Shown: positions 58,789-64,000 of the stretch, in pieces
Layout: each line of letters starts with the position of its first letter
Position numbering within the stretch: position 1 is the first letter of the stretch
Assembly (NCBI GenBank): GCA_963422395.1
Contig: OY729431.1
Span: forward strand, 1-64,000
Direction: 5' to 3'
Length of the DNA: 64,000 nucleotides
Source: Vicinamibacteria bacterium
Lineage (GTDB): Bacteria; Acidobacteriota; Vicinamibacteria; Marinacidobacterales; Marinacidobacteraceae
The notes under the pieces: generated by a model
The model's database searches: none
What the model saw: the letters and a program-made list of their open reading frames with translations, nothing else
Told to the model about the DNA's origin: nothing
Translations under genes and position numbers: made by a program

Positions 58789-58830
58789 CTAGCAATCTGT
58801 GCCGCAGAAGGATTCCAGACCCGATCGACC
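58789..58830 (+). repeat. CTAG-bounded repeat family, truncated copy 3
   Basis: 38/42 identical to 55850-55891, then diverges where the NrdR-like box would be. Confidence 0.75.
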
Positions 58831-58893
58831 CCATCCATAGCACTCGCAACCGGGGTTCGCGCGCCCACGGAAGGCTGACCTTCGCGGAAACGG

Positions 58894-61224
58894 GTGCGGC
58901 TCGCCGAAGGCAGCGCCGACTACGATAGCGGCGCCTCGGGCCGGTGGGGTTCGATCGGAAAAGCGAACAGGAGCAGGCGATTGCGGAGCGGAGTGCCCAT
59001 CGGAATATCGGTCGTGCTGGCGGCGGTCGGACTGGCAGCGGTCGGACTGGCAGCGGGCTGGCTGGCGCCGGTGGAATCTGCGCCGGGCGGGCTCGCGCAG
59101 CGGCAGTCCCTCGGCCCGCTCGAACCGGTTCCGGCCGAAGGGGCTCCCGGTCTTTTTCGCCTGGCGATGTACCCCACCCCGGATCTCGCCCCGGCGACAG
59201 GAGCGGCCACCCTGCTCTGGGACCCCAGCCCCTTCGGCGTCTCGGTGACCCGCGACGGAAACCAGCGCTACCGCATCGCTCTCGACATCACCGGGCTTCC
59301 TGAACCGGAGTCGCTCGGCGACTACCGGACTTATGTCGCCTGGGCGACCACCCCGGTGTTCCAGCCGACGGTGCGCCTCGGCGAAGTCGGTAACGGATCG
59401 TTTCCGAATCTCGGAGTGGTGTCTTTCGACAAGTTCGTCCTCCTGGTGAGCGCCGAACCCTCCGGTGCGGTGGAAACGCGCACCGGCCGGCTGGTCCTGC
59501 GCGGCGCCTCCCCTTCGACCCGCATCCTTCCCGACAACCACCTGATGGTTCCGGTGAGCGGGAGCGGCGAGGCAGGAGCCGGCTCCGCGGCCCCGGACCA
59601 CGCGGCGATGAGCCACGGGGCGGGGGAGGACGGGGAAGCCTCCGGGTGGCCGCATCCGCCGATGCTCGAGGAGACCCCGATGGTCCCCGGGCTCGGCCAC
59701 CTGCGCCCGGAACCCCTGCCGTTCCTGCCGCGGGCGCCCGCCGACACCGCACTCCCCGATGCGGAGCCCTCGCAGATCGTCCGTCTGCGCGACGGGCAGA
59801 CGCTCGATCTGATCGCCGGCCGGGTGAGGCGCCGCATCCACGGTCGAGACTATGTGATGTACGGCTTCAACGGCCAGTACCCCGGACCGATGGTGCATGT
59901 GGATCGGGACGCCACCCTCTTCGTCGACTTCGAAAATCGGACCTCGTGGCCGACGGCGATCCACTGGCACGGAGTGCGGCTCGACAACGCCTTCGACGGC
60001 GTGCCCCATGTCACCCAGGATCCGGTGCCGCCGGGGGGCCGCTTCCAGTACCGGATCCACTTCCCGGACGCCGGCCTCTACTGGTATCACCCCCATCACC
60101 GCGAGGAGGTCCAGCAGGATCTCGGTCTCTACGGGAACCTGCTGGTCGAGGCTCCGGCGAACGAGTGGTACGCCCCGGTCCACCGCGAAGAGATCCTGAT
60201 GCTCGACGATCTCCTGATCGCCGACGATGGCGGCCTTTTCCCCTGGGGAAGCAGCCGGGCGACCCATGCCCTCATGGGCCGGTTCGGCAACCTGCTGTTG
60301 GTCAACGGAGAGCCGGGGTACGAACTGGCTCTCGACCGGGGGGAAGTCGTGCGCTTCTTCCTCACGAATGTCTCGAACACCCGCACCTTCAACCTGGGGT
60401 TCGGAAAACCGGGCACCCACCGGATCAAGGTCGTCGGGTCCGACCTCTCCAAGTACGAGCGGGAGACCTGGGTGGATTCGGTCACGCTCGCCCCTGCCGA
60501 GCGTTACATCGTCGAGGTTCGCTACGAACAGTCCGGGGAGCACGCGCTGGAAAACCGCGTGCGCCCGCTGGAGCACGCCTTCGGCAGCTACTTCTCGAGG
60601 GTGAGCGCGCTGGGGACGGTTCGGGTCGGCGAGCGGGAGGCCGATCCGGCCGGCGCGCCCGGCTACGACTCACTGCGGGAGAACGCATCGGTGGTGGAGG
60701 AAGTGGACCGTTACCGGGCTCGTTTCGACGCGCCCCCGGACCGGGAACTCGTTCTCAGCATGGAGGTTTCCGGCCTCGATCCGGCGATCATGCAGCGGAT
60801 GCGCGCCGACCGGGTGTTCTTTCCCCCGGTGGAGTGGGCGCCGACCATGCCCATGATGAATTCGGTCGCAACTCCAGACGAAGTGCGATGGATCGTGCGG
60901 GAACCGACGACCGGCCGAGAGAACATGGACATCGCCTGGCGTTTCCGGGTCGGCGATCTCGTCCACATCCGCATCGCGAACGACGCCGGCGCCCTCCACG
61001 CCATGCAGCACCCCTTCCACATCCACGGCCAGCGGTTCCTCGTGGTCCGCCGCAACGGCGCTCTCGTCGAGAACCAGGTGTTCAAGGACACCGTGCTGAT
61101 CCCGGCCGGAGAAACCGTGGACATCCTGCTCGAAGTCACGAACCCCGGCAAGTGGATGGCCCATTGCCATATCGCCGAGCACCTCGAAGCCGGAATGCGC
61201 TTCGTCTTCGAAGTCGACCCCTGA
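58894..61224 (+). CDS. Multicopper oxidase with an extra N-terminal domain (start could be GTG 58993)
   Basis: IHWHG, YWYHPH, HPFHIHG and HCHIAEHLEAGM. Confidence 0.9.
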   Translation: MRLAEGSADYDSGASGRWGSIGKANRSRRLRSGVPIGISVVLAAVGLAAVGLAAGWLAPVESAPGGLAQRQSLGPLEPVPAEGAPGLFRLAMYPTPDLAPATGAATLLWDPSPFGVSVTRDGNQRYRIALDITGLPEPESLGDYRTYVAWATTPVFQPTVRLGEVGNGSFPNLGVVSFDKFVLLVSAEPSGAVETRTGRLVLRGASPSTRILPDNHLMVPVSGSGEAGAGSAAPDHAAMSHGAGEDGEASGWPHPPMLEETPMVPGLGHLRPEPLPFLPRAPADTALPDAEPSQIVRLRDGQTLDLIAGRVRRRIHGRDYVMYGFNGQYPGPMVHVDRDATLFVDFENRTSWPTAIHWHGVRLDNAFDGVPHVTQDPVPPGGRFQYRIHFPDAGLYWYHPHHREEVQQDLGLYGNLLVEAPANEWYAPVHREEILMLDDLLIADDGGLFPWGSSRATHALMGRFGNLLLVNGEPGYELALDRGEVVRFFLTNVSNTRTFNLGFGKPGTHRIKVVGSDLSKYERETWVDSVTLAPAERYIVEVRYEQSGEHALENRVRPLEHAFGSYFSRVSALGTVRVGEREADPAGAPGYDSLRENASVVEEVDRYRARFDAPPDRELVLSMEVSGLDPAIMQRMRADRVFFPPVEWAPTMPMMNSVATPDEVRWIVREPTTGRENMDIAWRFRVGDLVHIRIANDAGALHAMQHPFHIHGQRFLVVRRNGALVENQVFKDTVLIPAGETVDILLEVTNPGKWMAHCHIAEHLEAGMRFVFEVDP

Positions 61225-61321
61225 TCCCGACCCGGAGGGGTCCGGCCGTCCCCGTTCGCTCGTTCGGCGGTTTCGATCGTCGCGCTCGACGGTTCTGCTC
61301 TCCCCCGAGGCCCGGAGGCGT

Positions 61322-62699
61322 TCAGGGCGCCTCGGGCTCGGAGACCGCCACCACCGCGGTCCGAACCCCGCCGTCCCGCCAGGCGACCAGGAGTCTCTCC
61401 CGACCATCGAAAAGCAGGTCGCTCGATTCCGCCTCCGCCGGCTCGCCGCCGCTCGCTTCGCTGCTTTCCGGATCGGCTTCCTCGCCTTCCGGCTCCTCCG
61501 GCGGTGGTCCCGCCAGGCGACCAGGAGTCGTCGGCGACCCGAACGAGTTGCAGCATGCCGGACTCGCGGCCCGCAGGGCTCTCGGCCACCCGCAGCGAGG
61601 GTCCGAGGCGGCCGTCGGGCCAAGCGCGCCGCAGGCGGATCTCCGCCCGCGGGCCGCTCGCGGATTCGAGCCAGACGAAGGCCGCGCTCCCGTCGTCGAG
61701 CGACGCGGCTGCCGCGAAGCCGCGCGGAGCCCCGCCGTCCAGGCGAATCGGGGGATCGAAGTTCGCCCCCGCGTCATCGGAGAAGGCAGCCCGAACCTCC
61801 GGCTGACCGGCCGCCATGGTGAACCAGGCGACCGCGAGGGTGCCGCCGCCGGCCGAGATCGCCGGTCCGTTCACCGGACAAGCGTTGATGGCCCAGCCGT
61901 CTTCGTGAACCGAGCGGACGGGCGTCCAGCGGCCGCGGACCTTGCGGGTGACCGAGATGTCCCGGACATCGTCGTCCGGCGGGTTTCGTTGCCGGTCCCG
62001 GAACACCACGATCGGCTCGTTCCCGACGGCGGCCATCGCGGTCGCACAGCAGCTGCAGACATCGGGATCGAGACGCTGGTCTCCCAGCCGATACCCCTGT
62101 TCGTGAAACCGGACGAGCCGAAGCGTCATGTCCCCGGGGTCCTGCGAACCGCCCGGCGGAGTCAGGTAGGCGGCGGAGAAGCCGCCCGGCTCCGGAGCGA
62201 AGGAGACGAATCCGGAGTAGCTCTCGATGTTGCCGAGCCCCTCGGAGAACAGCTCGCGCCAGCTCGCACCCCGGTCGGTGGAATAGGCGATCTTCAAGCC
62301 GTATCCGTAGTGGCCCTCGGCGGCGGGATTCCTGACCAGCCAGTGAGCGGCGAGCCGGTCCTCCCCGAGGGCCGCCACGCTGGGGTGGTCCGCCCAGTTG
62401 ACGAACCAACCGGCGCCTTCGGCGATCGGCCGCGCCGGACCCCAGGCGTCGGTCCCGGAGCCCTCTCCGGTTCCTCCCCGCTGGAGCTCCGAAAAACGCA
62501 GTCGGTGGCCTTCGGAAAGCGGTTCGACCCAGCTCAGGAAAGCGGCGCCCTCGGGAGTTGCGCTCAATGAATACATCCCGCTCTCCTCGGCGGCGGGCGG
62601 CTTCAGGGGCGTCACCGCCTCCTGGGCGTACCCCGAGGCGGCGGCGAACAGGACCGGAATCAGCGGGAGGGTGGGGCGCGAAGACAGCAGGCCGTTCAT
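61322..62699 (-). CDS. BNR/Asp-box (sialidase-like) exported protein with a disrupted 3' end
   Basis: WFVNWADHP, STDRGASW, VCSCC, W.INACPVNGP and SDDAGANF. There is a frame break and a duplication near 61373-61530. Confidence 0.75.
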
Positions 62700-62793
62700 C
62701 GAAAACCCCGCGATTCTCGCACGGAAGGCGGTGCGGAATCGAAAAGACCCGCTGTTACCATCGCGTTTTTCCGTCTGGCGAGGAATCCCGGAG

Positions 62794-64000
62794 ATGATCG
62801 AATCACCGTCCCGATACGAGCTTGCGCAAGTGCTCGCCGGCATTCTCGGCCTCGGAGTACTCCTCGCCGCGCCGGTCTCCGCTTCCGGGCAATCGGCAGC
62901 CGAGCTGCAGCCGGGCGCCCGTGGATTCGTCCAGTACGACGACCCGGTCATCGCCATCACTGGCGTGCAGTTGGTGGACGGAACCGGAGCGCCGCCGCGC
63001 CGCGGCCAGACGGTGGTCCTCGAAGGGCGCCGCATCCGGAGCGTCGGTCCGGACGGCGAAATCGCGATTCCGGAAGGGGCGCGGCAGATCGACGGCACCG
63101 AACACACCCTGATCCCGGGCCTCGTCGGGGTCCACAACCACACCTTCTACACCACCGCGGCGCGCCATTCGCAGATGAACACCACCTCGCCGCGGCTCTA
63201 TCTGGCCGCCGGGGTCACCACGATCCGCACTACCGGCAGCTATTCGCCGTACAGCGAGATCAACATGCGCCGAGCCATCGAGGCCGGCGAGATCGTCGGG
63301 CCCCGGATGCATATCACCGGCCCCTACATCTCCGGTACCGGAGCCGCCACCTACATGACCCAGGTGGCGAGCCCGGAGGACGCTCGCCGGGTGGTCGCCT
63401 ACTGGGCCGAAGAAGGCGCGAGCTGGTTCAAGGCGTACACCCGGATCTCCCGTGCCGAACTCGGCGCGGCCATCGAAGAGGCCCATCGCCTCGGCCTGCG
63501 CTTCACCGGGCACCTCTGCTCGGTGACCTTCCGGGAAGCGGTGGACCTCGGGATCGATTCGCTCGAACACGGCTTCTTCACGAACACCGAGTACCACGAA
63601 GCCAAGCAGCCGGACGAGTGCCCGCCGGACTTCCGCAGCACCCTCCGGGACATCGAAGTGGACTCCGACGCCGTGAACGCCACGATCTCCCATCTGGTCG
63701 AGAACGAAGTCGCCCTGACTTCGACCCTCGCCGTCTATGAGCTCTCCGTCCCCGGCCGTCCACCGCTCGAAGACCGCAACCTGGAGGCGCTCTCTCCGGG
63801 CGCTCGGGACGAGTACCTCGCCCGCCGGGAAGAGATCGCGGAGGCGCGCGACGCCGTCTTCCTCGATCTGTTTCCGAAGGCCCAGGCGTTCGAGTACCGC
63901 TTCTTTCGGGCGGGGGGGTTGCTCGCCGCCGGGGTGGACCCCACCGGGAACGGCGGAGCCCTGCCCGGCTTCGGCGACCAGCGGAACTACGAGCTGCTGC
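62794..64000 (+). CDS. Amidohydrolase family protein (3' end outside window; absent from the ORF track)
   Basis: Manual translation gives a signal peptide, LVDGTG, LIPGLVGVHNH, YLAAGVTTIRT, FKAY, GHL, SLEHG and AGVD. Confidence 0.85.
   Translation, partial: MIESPSRYELAQVLAGILGLGVLLAAPVSASGQSAAELQPGARGFVQYDDPVIAITGVQLVDGTGAPPRRGQTVVLEGRRIRSVGPDGEIAIPEGARQIDGTEHTLIPGLVGVHNHTFYTTAARHSQMNTTSPRLYLAAGVTTIRTTGSYSPYSEINMRRAIEAGEIVGPRMHITGPYISGTGAATYMTQVASPEDARRVVAYWAEEGASWFKAYTRISRAELGAAIEEAHRLGLRFTGHLCSVTFREAVDLGIDSLEHGFFTNTEYHEAKQPDECPPDFRSTLRDIEVDSDAVNATISHLVENEVALTSTLAVYELSVPGRPPLEDRNLEALSPGARDEYLARREEIAEARDAVFLDLFPKAQAFEYRFFRAGGLLAAGVDPTGNGGALPGFGDQRNYELL

Noticed and set aside
1-64000. Many long overlapping antisense or alternate-frame ORFs (e.g. 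2533-4842, 23243-25528, 59646-62570)
   Set aside because: These are Arg/Pro/Gly-rich shadow ORFs expected at high GC; they overlap genes with clear family motifs.

Overview
High-GC bacterial window. An Oar-type TonB receptor, many exported peptidases and amidohydrolases, and FG-GAP and PQQ propellers suggest Acidobacteriota, possibly host-associated; this lineage call is inference only. The backbone is metabolic and envelope genes: three TonB-dependent receptors, M1 and M19 peptidases, mmuM, SulP, a 2OG-Fe(II) oxygenase, a mycobacterial Sdh1-type succinate dehydrogenase operon, pcm, a CoxL-like molybdoenzyme, a radical SAM/halogenase-like/acyl-CoA ligase trio and a multicopper oxidase. Single defence-type genes and their decayed fragments recur between them: a type II R-M pair, WYL regulator, AlbA_2-HATPase-wHTH protein, HEPN-like protein, Fic, MT-A70, AAA+DUF3226, and four pseudogene remnants. 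The most notable non-coding signals are: (1) a CTAG-bounded repeat family in 3 copies carrying NrdR-box-like palindromes, two of them 32 bp apart; (2) a 281-bp MITE with a TTAG duplication that splits a DUF1156-type methylase remnant; (3) a DUF2946/CruR-like RAPP arrest-peptide uORF in front of a His/Glu-rich ZnuD-like receptor; (4) ~130-bp direct repeats bracketing the AlbA_2 gene; (5) phased operator-like repeats before fic. No rRNA, tRNA, CRISPR array, reverse transcriptase, intact transposase or integrase was seen. All family calls come from motif recognition by eye, not database searches.
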